Source: Fonticula alba ATCC 38817
Taxonomy: Eukaryota; Protista; Nucleariida
Direction: 5' to 3' (one strand)
Assembly: GCA_000388065.2 (NCBI GenBank)
Contig: KB932204.1
DNA: 42,305 nucleotides
The first letter of the stretch is position 1. The number at the start of each line of letters is the position of its first letter. This document shows positions 11,759-23,062 of the stretch, one piece after another. The notes below the pieces were generated by a model. The model was given only the letters and a program-made list of their open reading frames with translations. It did not search any database and was not told where the DNA came from. The translations under genes and the position numbers were made by a program.

Positions 11759-13454
11759 ATGGTATTTCTGTCGCCCATCCTCCGTCAGGCCAGCAGTGCC
11801 TGGCCGCACCCGCCGCGTGTGATCCCGAGTTTGCTGTTCTTTGGCTCGGACAACTTCTCCGTGTCCTTCCTGCGCCGGATCATCGAAGATCGCGGTGCGC
11901 ATATATGCACAAGTGAATGCACGCGCACATGGCGCGGGTATCTTTCCGCGCTGGGTCCCTCTAACTTTTGCCTCCCTTCCCCATGACGGATGGCCGAGCA
12001 GATGCGGGCCGGCTGCATATCGGCGAGATCCAGGTTGTCAGCCCGCCGGACAAGGCGTCATCGCGGAAGAACCGCACCAACAATGTGACCCCGCTGAAGC
12101 AGTTTGCCCTGGAGCACGGCCTGACCGTGTCCGATGCGCCACATCGCGAGAAGACCCTGCGCAATTGGACCCTACCGGCCCCGAGCGTGGCCGCCGGTGC
12201 CTTTTCCCTCGGCATTGTGGCCTCCTTCGACTACTTCATCACGCCGCCGGTGCTGGCCGGGCTCGAGCATGGAGCCATCAACATCCATCCGTCGCTGCTG
12301 CCCCAGTGGCGCGGCGCCTCGCCGCTGCAGGTACTCCACTGGCCTTCGGTCTACCTGGGCCCTCTTGTGCTTTGACTGACCATGGCTGCTTCCATGTGCC
12401 CGTCTCCCCTGGCCATCCAGCATGCGGTCATTTCCGGCGCCCGGTCCTCCGGCATCTCCATTCAGGAGGTGCACCCGCGGCGCTTCGACGCCGGCAATGT
12501 CCTGGCCGCGCGGCCCTTCGTACGTCCAATGTGCCCATCCTGTGTGCCCTCCTTCCCCCCTGCTGCTGCTGCCGCTGCTGCCGCTGCTGCCGCTGCTGCC
12601 GCTGCTGCCGCTGCTGCCGCTGCTGCCGCTGCTTCTTCCTTTCCTTCTGCCCCTCTGTACCTAACGGTCCCCTTTCGGTGTAGGATCTGCCCGGGGCGCG
12701 GCCCACCTTTGCTCAGGCGCTCGACCGGTCGATGGCGGCCGGGGTTCCCCTGCTGGCCGAGGTCCTGGCCGACTTTGGCACCTTCCGTCAGCGGTCCGTC
12801 GATCAGGACGACACGCAGGCATCCCTGGCACCGAAGTTCCCCCCCGGGACCGGGGCCCTGGCCTGGGACCGGCCGGCCACCCATTACGACCGCCTGGCCC
12901 GAGGGGTGGGGCACCAGCTTCCCCTGTGGTCGCACTTCCGCAATGACAAGGGGTCGCCCGAGCCACAGCGCGTGGTTTTCCATGGTGGCTTTGATGTGGT
13001 ATTCTCCGGCCCCGGGGCCGAGGTCTTTGATGCGGAGTACCGCCAGCAGGAGGAGCCCGCTGGCGCGGAGGATGACGAGTCCCCGGTTCACTGGTCCTTG
13101 CCGGTGGCCGAGCGCCAGGAAATGGCCGCCTACCTGGCTGGGGTGGGCTCGCGCGGGGGTGGCTCCGGCGGGGCCCTGGTCCCCGGGTCGGCGGTGGGCT
13201 TCCGCTCGCGGACCAAGGGCAGCGAGTACCGGCTGGCCATTTGGTGCGGCCCTGCCGAGGGGGAGGCCTCCGTCGGGACGTGGCTCGTTCCCCGGGCGCT
13301 GGCTCCGGAGCGCCGGGCCAAGATGAGCCCGACGGTCTTCCGCAGTGCCGTGTCCACGGCGGCCCCCAACACCGGCTTCACGGGCGACCGGTTCCTCCTG
13401 CTGCAGCCCGAGGAGGGCGAGGTGGCCGCCACCCCGGCAACTGCCAATGCTTAG
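11759..13454 (+). CDS. MTFMT: Methionyl-tRNA formyltransferase, mitochondrial, about 444 aa, 4 exons
   Basis: Exons are 11759-11894, 12002-12330, 12421-12519 and 12684-13454 (1335 nt, in frame). Motifs include LLFFGSDNFS, GIVASFDYFI, the hallmark INIHPSLLPQWRGASPLQ, GISIQEVHPRRFDAG and SLAPK. The N-terminus is basic and presequence-like. Confidence 0.92.
12561..12633. repeat. 9-bp tandem repeat (GCTGCTGCC) x ~7 inside MTFMT intron 3
   Basis: Directly visible. It lies within intron 12520-12683 (164 nt), so it is not a coding poly-Ala tract. Confidence 0.9.
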
Positions 13455-13796
13455 AGATAGACAGCCTCGTTGTTTCACATCGCCCTGGGCGTCGTGTGTT
13501 TGTGGGTGGGTGTTTGTGGGTGTGGGCAAGTGGTGTGGAGACGGTCTTTTCTTCCGAGCGCGGGGCATGCACCCGGCCAGGCCCCCGAGGTCTGGGGCTC
13601 CCCCCCCGGGCGCGTGTGGGGTGGGAGGGGGGCTTTTTCCGGGACCCGGCAGGCGGACGGGGGCGGTCGCGCCCGGGGGCAGCCAGCTCCCCCCCCCCCC
13701 CCCCCCCTCGCCCTCCCGTCTGTGTTGTTTGCCCTTCGCTGCTTCTGTCGCCCATTTCCTTTTGCCCTCGCACCCACGACGCACACAGGTGCCGCA

Positions 13797-16248
13797 ATGT
13801 CTCGGACATCCTCTGGCCACGAGCCGGTCTCCCCGGTGGCCAGCGACGCGCCCCTCTTGGTGCAATCAGCCTCCTCGGCATCCCTCGAGTCCCCGGCCTC
13901 AGCTACGGAGGCGACTGATGGCGGCCCGGTCGACACGCATCACCAGCGCTTTTCGGGCACCGGGCATCTGCCAGACCACGGAGACAAGCCCTATGATCGG
14001 TCCTCAAGCATGCAGGGGAACCCCATGTTCGACCAGGCACACCTGCAGAGCCAACAGATGTTCCAAAACCAAGTGTACCAGTACCTGGCGATGCAGGAGG
14101 CCCTACAGCGCCAGCAATGGCAGCAGCACCCCCAGCATCCTGCCGGCACTGATGGATCGCTCTTTCTGACGTCGACGCACGAGGCCAGCGCCCAGCCAGA
14201 CCAGTCGCCAGATCTGGTGGCCTATCCGGCGGCCTCCGGCATCCCGTACCCCTCCTTCCATGGGGCCTATCCCGATGACGAGCCCACGGTATGTACTTGG
14301 GCGAGGGGCTGGTTGGTGGTTGTTCTTCCCGGCTGCCTTGGTCTCTGGGTGTGGTCGTTCCCTCCTCTCACTCTCTTCCTCGGCAGTCTCCCCTGCTTGG
14401 CAGCCCGGCGCACCGGGGCCCCGGCGGCGATGCGCACTATGCCGACTCGGATGCCGGGGTACAGTACTATGACGCCTTCGACTCGGAGCCCGGGGCCGGC
14501 CTCGGCCCGGGGGAGGACATGTACGCTGCCCCGGGGACCGGCAGCAGCATCGGCTTCTTCGACCCCTCGATGCCCTTCTTCCAGGGGTGCCTGCTGCTGC
14601 TGATCGCCCTCCTGTCCATCGGTAACAGTTTCCTCTTCGACCTGCCGGCCGGCTTGGAGCAGTTCATCCTGCATGAGATGAATGTCCCCCGCTGGGGGTA
14701 TGCCTTCTTGTACAGCGCCTACTCGCTGCCGGTGGCGCTGCTTTTCCTGGTGCTCGGTCGCCTGGCCGATCGTTACCTCGGCACGCGGAGGACCCTGCTC
14801 CTGGCGGCGGGGTTCCTGGTGGTCGGCCAGTCGATCTTCGTGCTTGGTGCCTACTTCCGGCTGTTTACCCTGGCCCTCCTGGCGCGCATCATGATTGGCC
14901 TCGGCAGTGAGACCATCTTCGTGGTGCAGCAGGCCCTGGTGACCTTGCACTTCGAAGGGCGCAAGCTGTCCATCTCGGCCTACCTGATCCTGGTGCTGAA
15001 CCGCATCGGCGCGGTCTTTGGTCTGTATTCTTCCTTCGGCCTGGCCAATCGCTATGGCTATGTCTTTTCCCTGTCGGCCGGCGTGGTGGTCACCCTGTTG
15101 ATCTTGCTGGCGGCCATCATCGTGGCCCTGATGGATCGGGCCGTGCACAATGTCATTGAGCTGCGTGCGTGCCGTGGTTTTTTTTTTTTTTTTCCCTCCC
15201 TCTCTTCGCTCGTTCTCTGACTGGGCCTGACCTGTGTACCGGGCACACGGGCGGGGACACTGTCTCCGCGCGCGCGCTGTCTCCCCGCCGCTCTCTCTGT
15301 CCCCATTCTCCAGCCGTCACCAAGATCAACATCACCTTCCGCAAGCAGCATGTGAAGGATCTGCCAGTGGTCTTCTGGGTGATTGCCATCATGTCGGCCC
15401 TCTACTATGCAACCTTCTACAGCTTCATCGCCTTTTCCAAGTGCGCTTCCAACTGCCCGGATCGTCCTTCCCTTTCAACCGGGCCGTCCTGACCCCGCTC
15501 CCGCTGTCTCGCTCCCCCTCCTGCCTGCAGTGGTTTCTTCAATGCCAAGTTCCCCCTGGAGAATATCGCCCTCATGACGAGCATCCCCTACATTGTGTCC
15601 ATCCCGGCAGCTCCGCTGTTGGGATTCGTCATCAACCAGCTTGGCCGGCGCATTATGTGGACCACGGTCGCCGGGTTGCTGGCCCTGCCGGCCTTCTACA
15701 TGCTGGCTCTGACGTCGCACTCCTCAAAGGTGTCCCTGGTACGCGTGGGCTTGCGCCGCATCTGTCCCTTTGCCTGGTTGTCCCCCTCGAGCATGGGCCT
15801 TTCCTCCCCCTTTTTGGGCCGGCACTCGCACCCCTCTCCCCCCCCCCCCCCCCCCCCCCCCAACACACGCACTCACACACGCCGTCGGCATAGATCATCC
15901 TCGGCACCTCGTTCTCCATTTTCCTGAGCACCATTTGGCCGATGATCGACATCATTGTCAGCCGGACCAATGTCCGGACCAGCTTCTGCCTGCTTCACAT
16001 CATCCAGCACCTGACCTTCGCGGTGGTCTGCCCGCTGACCGGCTTGTCCATCGACAAGGTGGGCTATTCGTGGACCTTCATGACGCTGACATTCACCTTT
16101 GTCACGATCATTGTCCTGTCGCAGTCCCTCAGCATCATGAGTCTTCTCCGGCGGGACTTCCTCAACTCCCGCACCCAGGAGTACATTCGCAACCAGGTCA
16201 AGCAGCAACAGCTCATCCGCCGCCACGAGAACACGTACGTCTCCCTGG

Positions 16249-16313
<65 letters not shown>

Positions 16314-16594
16314 CGCGCTATCTCCTCCTACCGCCGCGGAATCTGTGCTGACCCCCCTTTCCACCTCCTCTTGCTAGCCAATCGATTGCCAACACCTTCC
16401 GCGATTACAGCAGCTTCGGTACCAACCCCCCGCCCGGGCAGCACCTCCACGACGAAATTGTCTCCGGGGCTGGGCACTACCTTGCGACGCCGCACGTGCC
16501 GCACCACCGCGCCCCGGTCGACATGTCGTACTCCTCCTCTCACGAAGAGGGGACACACATTCACTCCTCGCCAGCCATGTCCATCAATACCTGA
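13797..16594 (+). CDS. MFSD1: MFS transporter, MFSD1-like, about 720 aa with long soluble N- and C-terminal tails, 6 exons
   Basis: Exons are 13797-14288, 14387-15164, 15314-15440, 15531-15738, 15894-16234 and 16378-16594 (2163 nt, in frame). It has multiple TM helices, with GNSFLFDLPAGLEQFI (MFSD1 GSYFCYDNP-like), LYSAYSLP, MFS motif A GRLADRYLGTRR, ARIMIGLGSET, GFVINQLGRR and TIWPMI. Confidence 0.8.
16250..16311. repeat. (TG)n microsatellite in the last MFSD1 intron
   Basis: About 30 TG units are directly visible. Confidence 0.95.
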
Positions 16595-17940
16595 TACGAC
16601 CGGCCGCAATACACCACCTGCCCTTGTCCTCTTCTTTTTCCTCTTTTTCTACTTCTCCTTTTTGCCGACTGGTCAGCCACAGCACTTCGACTGCGCGAGG
16701 ATGCTTTGGGGTCGGAAGCCAGACGCAGGGCTCCAAAATGAGCCAGGCTCACAGGCCTCATGTTTTCAAGGGGGGCGGGGGGCCCTCGCGTTCGGTGAAG
16801 GATGGCAACCGAGGCGAGCCGGGCGAGGCGGGACTCGAAGGCAGAGGACCGACTCGATCCGGGGCGTTGTCATCTCCCGTGTCCCAGGGGAAAGGACCGA
16901 GATCACGGACGGAGGCAAGGTCAGGCGAGGCATGGTTGTGGCGAGACCAGGAGACCAGCGCGACACTTCCCCCCAGGCCGAGGAGGCTGCAGGAAGACAT
17001 CCACACGCAGCCAACCGGCGACGCCTGCAGGAACCACCCGAGAGACTCCCCACAACCTGGCCTCGCCCTGCCGCCCAGAGTGCAGGCTACAACGCCCCTC
17101 CGGGCATCGGTGAGGAAAGAGGGCAGGGCTTCGGCCGGCAGGGGGGGGGGGGGGGGCAGAGGGAGCCCCTGCCAGGCGTCGAGAGTGAATCAGGTGGTCG
17201 GGATGTCAGCCGAAATGGGTGAGCAGCACCCTGGTGTTTGATCGAGCAGAAGCCGGGACTTAGTTTGGCCCGGCTATCCTGGCGCCGCTCGGGCGGGGTC
17301 ACGCCTGAAATCAGCGCGCACCGGCAGCGGCAAAGCCGTCGGTGAGGTTGATGGAGGCGCGGAAAAAAAAGAAGAAGAAAGAACGGAGCAACAAGCAGTC
17401 AGGACTGCTGGCCGTCCCCGCCCGAAAGGAGTCGACGGCCGCAGGGAGGCGTGACAGAGACAGCCTGCGGGGCGCCTGGCGCAACAAGTGCCTGAGAAAA
17501 GACCGGCATCCAAAGGGTTTGCCGAGCATGTCGCCGCCAGGGGAAGGCTGATATAATTCCAAAGGTGCGAGCAGTCACGGAAGAAGGGCTCCAGCCAAGT
17601 CAGCTCAGCACCCGTAGAGACATCAGGGAAAGATGTCGGTCGTGCGACAGGACGGATTCAGAGGCGGGGCCGTTTGATGCCCTCCCAGAACAGTCCCCGC
17701 CCTTGGGACCGAAGAGCAATCGAGCAGTAAAGGCAAAGAGGCGGAAAGAGGGGACACGGCCATCAGGAGAGGGGACATCCAAAAGAAGGAGGGCCCCACC
17801 AAGTGTGGTGCCTCGACTCGAGACGAGAGCGATCTCAATGGCCCGGGCAGGTATTAGACGGGATTGGCTGCGGTGTTCAGGAGCGAAGCATGCGGCCAGC
17901 CTTGGAACTCCGAGCAGAGTGGATCTGCCAGCGCATCGGT

Positions 17941-18180
17941 GAAAACTAAACAAGGGAACCTAAAGCACCAGGAAGGCTCACAATGTGTTACTTAAGCTAC
18001 TTTATGAAAAAACTGAATAGGATGTAAAAAATAGAGACAAGATAGTTTTTAAACAAATGATTCAACTAAATGCACAAAAGCAGGGCTTTTCTGCCATATA
18101 ATTGAGCAAGAATGTATGACTTTTGTGTAAATAATACGCATAATTTTATGGTGTCTCGGATTTATTTTGCCATTTTCTGT
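17941..18180. promoter_or_regulatory. AT-rich island, probable promoter or nucleosome-depleted region upstream of the Spindly-like gene
   Basis: A hand count gives 77 G+C in 240 nt (~32% GC) in an otherwise very GC-rich window. It lies about 200 nt upstream of the ATG at 18382. Function is inferred from position only. Confidence 0.4.
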
Positions 18181-18381
18181 TTGGCAGGCTTCAAGTTGCC
18201 CTCCCCTACTGCTTCCCAGTCCGGTTTCTCAGTGCCTTCCTCACCTTCCTCCTCCCGGCCTGTTTTTTTTCTCCTCGCCCTCTCCGCCCTCGCAACAGGC
18301 GATCCTTTTCCTCGGCTCTCGCTTTCCCCCCACGCGCTGAGTACCGCTCGCGTATTGCCATGCCTGGCTCCCCTCACACCT

Positions 18382-20472
18382 ATGACAATGAGTTTTGATG
18401 CCGATGCCCCTCCCGGCGAGCCGGCCTCCTGCCAGTGTGACTGGTTTTTCCGCTGCTCCTCCCTGGAGTCCAGTACGCAGTTGCTTGCGAGCCCCTTCGC
18501 CCCCTACTCTCGGCTGACCGCCCTTCTGACGACTTTCCTCCCTGCTGTTCGTACTTTCCCCCCCCCCCCCCCTGGCCAGAGCTCGTCCAGGCCGGTGAGC
18601 TTGGTTTGCAGTTGGTGGGCGACAATGAGACCCTGCGCCAGGAGAACCAGCAGCTCCTGGACCGGGTGAAGGCCCTGACCCTGTCGCAGGAGACCGGCGA
18701 CAAGGAGGTCGCATCTCTGCGTGGGTCACTGCGCCTGTCGCAGGAATCGCTGACCGCCTACGCCGACCGGATTAACCAGCTGGAGACCGAGCTGGCCGAG
18801 GTCCGGCAAGCCGGCACCGAGGCCGCCAAACAGCAGCGCACCGAAGCCGCGGCCCTGGCCACGCAGCTGGCCCAAGTGGAGCGGGAGCGCTCGGCCCTGG
18901 AAGCCGAGTGCGCCTCTCTTCGTAGCCGGGCCGGGCAGCTGGAGCAGCGTCACACCGAGCAGCAAACCCTGCATCGGGACGCCGAAACCCAGATCTCCCT
19001 GTTGGAGGGAGATCTGGCGGCCGTGCGCGAGGACCGCGATCGGCAGGTTGCCCGACGGGACTTGCAGATCATGGAAGCCGAGTCCCGCCTGGCGCGAACA
19101 TCACAAGCAGATGCGGCTCTGATTGCGGCGCTGCAGGAGGAGCTGGCGGCCGTGCGTGAGGCGGCCGACGTGGCCGAGGGCCTGTGCGCCGAGCTGGACG
19201 CCGAGCTTCAAACCGCTCGTGACAGCCTCAGCCAGATGGCCGACTCGCAGGCAACCGCGCAGCTGGAACTCCTGGGCGAGCGCAATGGCATCGGCATCGT
19301 TGGCGGCGTGCAGGACGGCTTCAGCATCCTGGCCGATGTCGATGACCAGCGCCGGCAGGTGGCCGAGCAACTGTCGGAATTGGCGCAGAAGCACCGGACG
19401 CTGGCGGCCGGGCGTGCGCGCGACGCCGTCAAGCGCTCGGCCCTTCGCAAGCAACTGGCCACCGCACGGCAGCATGCGGCGGCGGCAGCGGCCGCCGCCG
19501 AGGAGGCCAACCACAACGCCGCCGCGGCCGGTGTGGCGGCTGCCTCCCTGTCAGCCGGCCCGACCAATGATCTGCTCGTCGAGGAGGCGGCCGCGCTGCG
19601 CCGCGAGCTTGACCGATATGTGCGCGAGTCGCGTGTTCTGCGCGCCGACAATGACTCCCTTCGTGCGGAGATGGCGGCCTTCCGGCGGTCGAGCGCCGCC
19701 GCTGGCGACATCCGGGTAGGCGGGTCGCTGTCGCCGCTGCGCCCGGCGCGGGTGCTCGCCCCGCGCCCCGGGCCACTCCCGGCGGAAGGCTACCCCGCCA
19801 CCGGGTCGCCAGCCGTCGGCGGCACCTCCAACGCCCTGGACCACGAGTCGGCGGCATTTCGCCAGCTGGAGCGTGCCCTGCAGGCCGAGAAGAACCGCTC
19901 CACCTCGGCGCGCTTGGCCCTGGCCGCCGAGTCGCAGAAGGTCCGGAAATGCGCGAGAAAGAGGACCCCCGCCCTCACCTGCACCCTCTCCCCCTGCCAG
20001 CTCTGACACACGTGAACACCCTCGCTCCCCTCCGGCCCAGGTACGGTCCCTGATGAAGAAGCTTTCGCAGCTTGGCGGCGCTGGCCCGCTGCCGGGCACC
20101 CCGGTCGCGGCTGTCGCGACGCCCGGAACCCCGGGGCTCATGGCGCCCGGCACCCCGGCCACCGCCGGCAGTCTGTACCGGACTCCAGGGCTCCCGGCCA
20201 ATCGGTCGGCCCTTGGGCATCGCATCCGGCCGGACGCCGGGGGCCCGACAGACTCGCCGTCCACCGCCCTGCGCGGTCTGAGTCTGGCCCCGGCAGACAG
20301 CCCACCGACCGGCGGGGNNNNNNNNNNCATCCGGCCGGACGCCGGGGGCCCGACAGACTCGCCGTCCACCGCCCTGCGCGGTCTGAGTCTGGCCCCGGCA
20401 GACAGCCCACCGACCGGCGGGGAGGCAGAGTCGCCTCCCCTCCCGGCTGATGCCGACATGGCTGGAGCCTAG
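18382..20472 (+). CDS. Long coiled-coil protein with CC1-box-like and Spindly-box motifs (candidate Spindly / dynein activating adaptor), about 592 aa after removing a gap artefact
   Basis: Exons are 18382-18472, 18580-19940 and 20041-20472 (introns GTACGC..CAG and GTCCGG..CAG). The N-terminus has SLESKLVQAGELGLQLVGDNETL, followed by ~350 aa of heptad-rich sequence and GFSILADVDDQRRQVAEQL at 19317-19373. The tail is S/P/T-rich. Exon 1 is tentative. Confidence 0.7.
20223..20422. other. Assembly artefact: 95-bp sequence duplicated on both sides of a 10-N gap
   Basis: 20223-20317 is identical to 20328-20422, and the two are separated only by N10. This is a typical unmerged contig overlap. Removing 105 nt keeps the reading frame. 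Confidence 0.85.
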
Positions 20473-20477
20473 AGAGT

Positions 20478-20509
<32 letters not shown>

Positions 20510-20744
20510 TGTCTCGCCCTACCCTTCCCCGCCCTATAGACCTTCCCCCATGCGTCCCTGCCCGTCTCTGCTCTCCACTCGGACACCTTGGTCGCCCGCC
20601 ACGCCCGGTCGAACATCCCCATCTTGCTGCGTCGTGCGAGAAATGGAGGTTTGCTATTTTGACTGGACCCGGTGTGGCCGGCCTGGGAGGAGAGCCGGGC
20701 ACAGTTGGGGCATGGCCAGCGACGGGGCATGGCCAGTCTTCGCC

Positions 20745-22458
20745 CTAGCGATTGCCAGTGGTCGGAGCCTGCGCGGCCAGCGCGGCGTAGGCACCCTCGG
20801 CCTGGCGGAGCCGGCTGACGAGATCCTGCAGCTGAACCGGATCGGCGGTGAACGTGATGTTCTGGACGGAGGCCTCGTGCTCGGCGAAGGAGCCGCTCGG
20901 AGTCGTGGCCAGAAGGCTGATGTGGTAGCTGAGCCCGGCCTTGCTCTCAGTGTCGGGGGTGGTGTNNNNNNNNNNNNNNNNNNNNNNNNNNNNNNNNNNN
21001 NNNNNNNNNNNNNNNNNNNNNNNNNNNNNNNNNNNNNNNNNNNNNNNNNNNNNNNNNNNNNNNNNNNNNNNNNNNNNNNNNNNNNNNNNNNNNNNNNNNN
21101 NNNNNNNNNNNNNNNNNNNNNNNNNNNNNNNNNNNNNNNNNNNNNNNNNNNNNNNNNNNNNNNNNNNNNNNNNNNNNNNNNNNNNNNNNNNNNNNNNNNN
21201 NNNNNNNNNNNNNNNNNNNNNNNNNNNNNNNNNNNNNNNNNNNNNNNNNNNNNNNNNNNNNNNNNNNNNNNNNNNNNNNNNNNNNNNNNNNNNNNNNNNN
21301 NNNNNNNNNNNNNNNNNNNNNNNNNNNNNNNNNNNNNNNNNNNNNNNNNNNNNNNNNNNNNNNNNNNNNNNNNNNNNNNNNNNNNNNNNNNNNNNNNNNN
21401 NNNNNNNNNNNNNNNNNNNNNNNNNNNNNNNNNNNNNNNNNNNNNNNNNNNNNNNNNNNNNNNNNNNNNNNNNNNNNNNNNNNNNNNNNNNNNNNNNNNN
21501 NNNNNNNNNNNNNNNNNNNNNNNNNNNNNNNNNNNNNNNNNNNNNNNNNNNNNNNNNNNNNNNNNNNNNNNNNNNNNNNNNNNNNNNNNNNNNNNNNNNN
21601 NNNNNNNNNNNNNNNNNNNNNNNNNNNNNNNGGGTTAGCGCAAGCGGGCGGACGGGAGGAGGGAAGGCAGAGATCTTGAGGGGAAAGACCAGGGGCAAGG
21701 GGGGGAGAGACTCGGGCAGGGTCTCTCCCCGCGATCCGGGAAGCCTGGGCGAACCTTCAGGTCGTACTGGAGCTTCCAGTCGACGTCCACCAGCTGGGCG
21801 GTGCCAGGCGAGCCGGCCCCGGTGATGGCAGCCAGGCGCTGGCGGATGACACGGAAGTGCGCCGCGTAGACCGACAGCAGGATGTTGACGATGGCCTGCT
21901 CGGAGACGCCGACCGAATCGAGGATAGATCTTTCAGGGCCCCAAGGAGAGAAGGGGGGAGGGGGCGATAGTTGGCGGAGAGAGGAGAGTGAGGAGGGTGT
22001 GCGAGGGGGCCCGGACTGAAGGGAAGGCTCGACGTACGGGAAGGAAGTGTCGGTGACGTTGCGCTTGGCACACTCGGTGAACAGGGCGGTGATGCCGTAG
22101 AGGGCCTCCTTCAGCGCGGCGGACATTAGCCCCGGCTTGCCGGAATCCTTGAGGAATGCGATGACCTCGGGCTCCTGGAGGGGATCTATGGAGGTGGGGG
22201 GCGGAGGCGCACATTCATGGTCAGTGGCCGGGCACCAGGGGACACATTCAAAGGGCAAACAGGGCAAGGGCCAGGACAGGCAGGGGGGAGGGACGAGGGG
22301 AACGAACCATTGGAAGCCAGCCCCTGCGCAGGGACGTCCGCCGAGAGGGAAGTCGCGGCATTGAGAGAAAGAATGTTGATGATGTGCGGCTGCTTCAGGA
22401 AGTAGCGGTCGTTCGTCAGGAGGTTGAGCCCGGAAAGGGCAAGCGAGGAGAACTCCAT
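20745..22458 (-). CDS. COMMD3: COMM domain-containing protein 3 (Commander/CCC complex), at least 4 exons, last intron spans the 666-N gap
   Basis: Exons are 22458-22308, 22185-22038, 21929-21755 and about 20965-20745. MEFSSLALSGLNLLTNDRYF, LKEALYGITALFTECAK, QLVDVDWKLQYDLK and ITFTADPVQLQDLVSRLRQA align with the recalled COMMD3 motifs (MELSESVQKGFQML, HITDVSWRLEYQIK, ISFSCSMEQLQDLVGKLKDA). Confidence 0.85.
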
Positions 22459-22902
22459 GGCGCCGCGGCGGGTGGGGCAGACAAAGAAAAGTAGGGGGGA
22501 GGGGGGGGGGAGAGGGGAAAGGTGGAGCGTGCTGCCCTCGCGCCCCGGCCCACGGCGGGCTGGGCTGCTGGCCCAAGAGGCCCCAACCGTGGACCGAACA
22601 AACACACGGACCGGCTCGCGGGCCCGGGGCCGCGAAGCAAAAACAATCGACTCCGGGTCACGAGAGTGCGAGGTGCCAACGGAAGGCAGTCTATTGTGGG
22701 CCGCAAGTCCGAGACCGACAAGGGGGAGGGAGGCGAGGTCTGGGGGGGGGGNNNNNNNNNNNNNNNNNNNNNNNNNNNNNNNNNNNNNNNNNNNNNCGGT
22801 CCTCCGTCCCCCTGTCTTTCCGCTCGGCGGGTAGCATGTGAAAGGCGATGGAAATGGCTTCTCGCCGCTTGTGCTGGTTGGCTTGCGCAGGAGAAGGCAT
22901 GG

Positions 22903-22941
22903 GGCTGGCTGGCTGGATGGATGGATGGATGGATGGATGGA
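22903..22941. repeat. (GGCT)3(GGAT)~6 tetranucleotide microsatellite downstream of Derlin
   Basis: Directly visible. Confidence 0.85.
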
Positions 22942-23062
22942 GTATATACATGGGGATGCTGGCAGGCAGGCCGGGATCCTGCTTTTGGTGGCCGGTGTGC
23001 GGCTGGCGCGTCAAGCGCGCGTCGCAGGATATGGCGGCCGGACGCGGAAGGGCAAGATTGCA

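Noticed and set aside
20223-20422. Tandem 35-aa repeat in the tail of the Spindly-like protein
   Set aside because: The identical copies flank a 10-N placeholder gap, which indicates an unmerged contig overlap.
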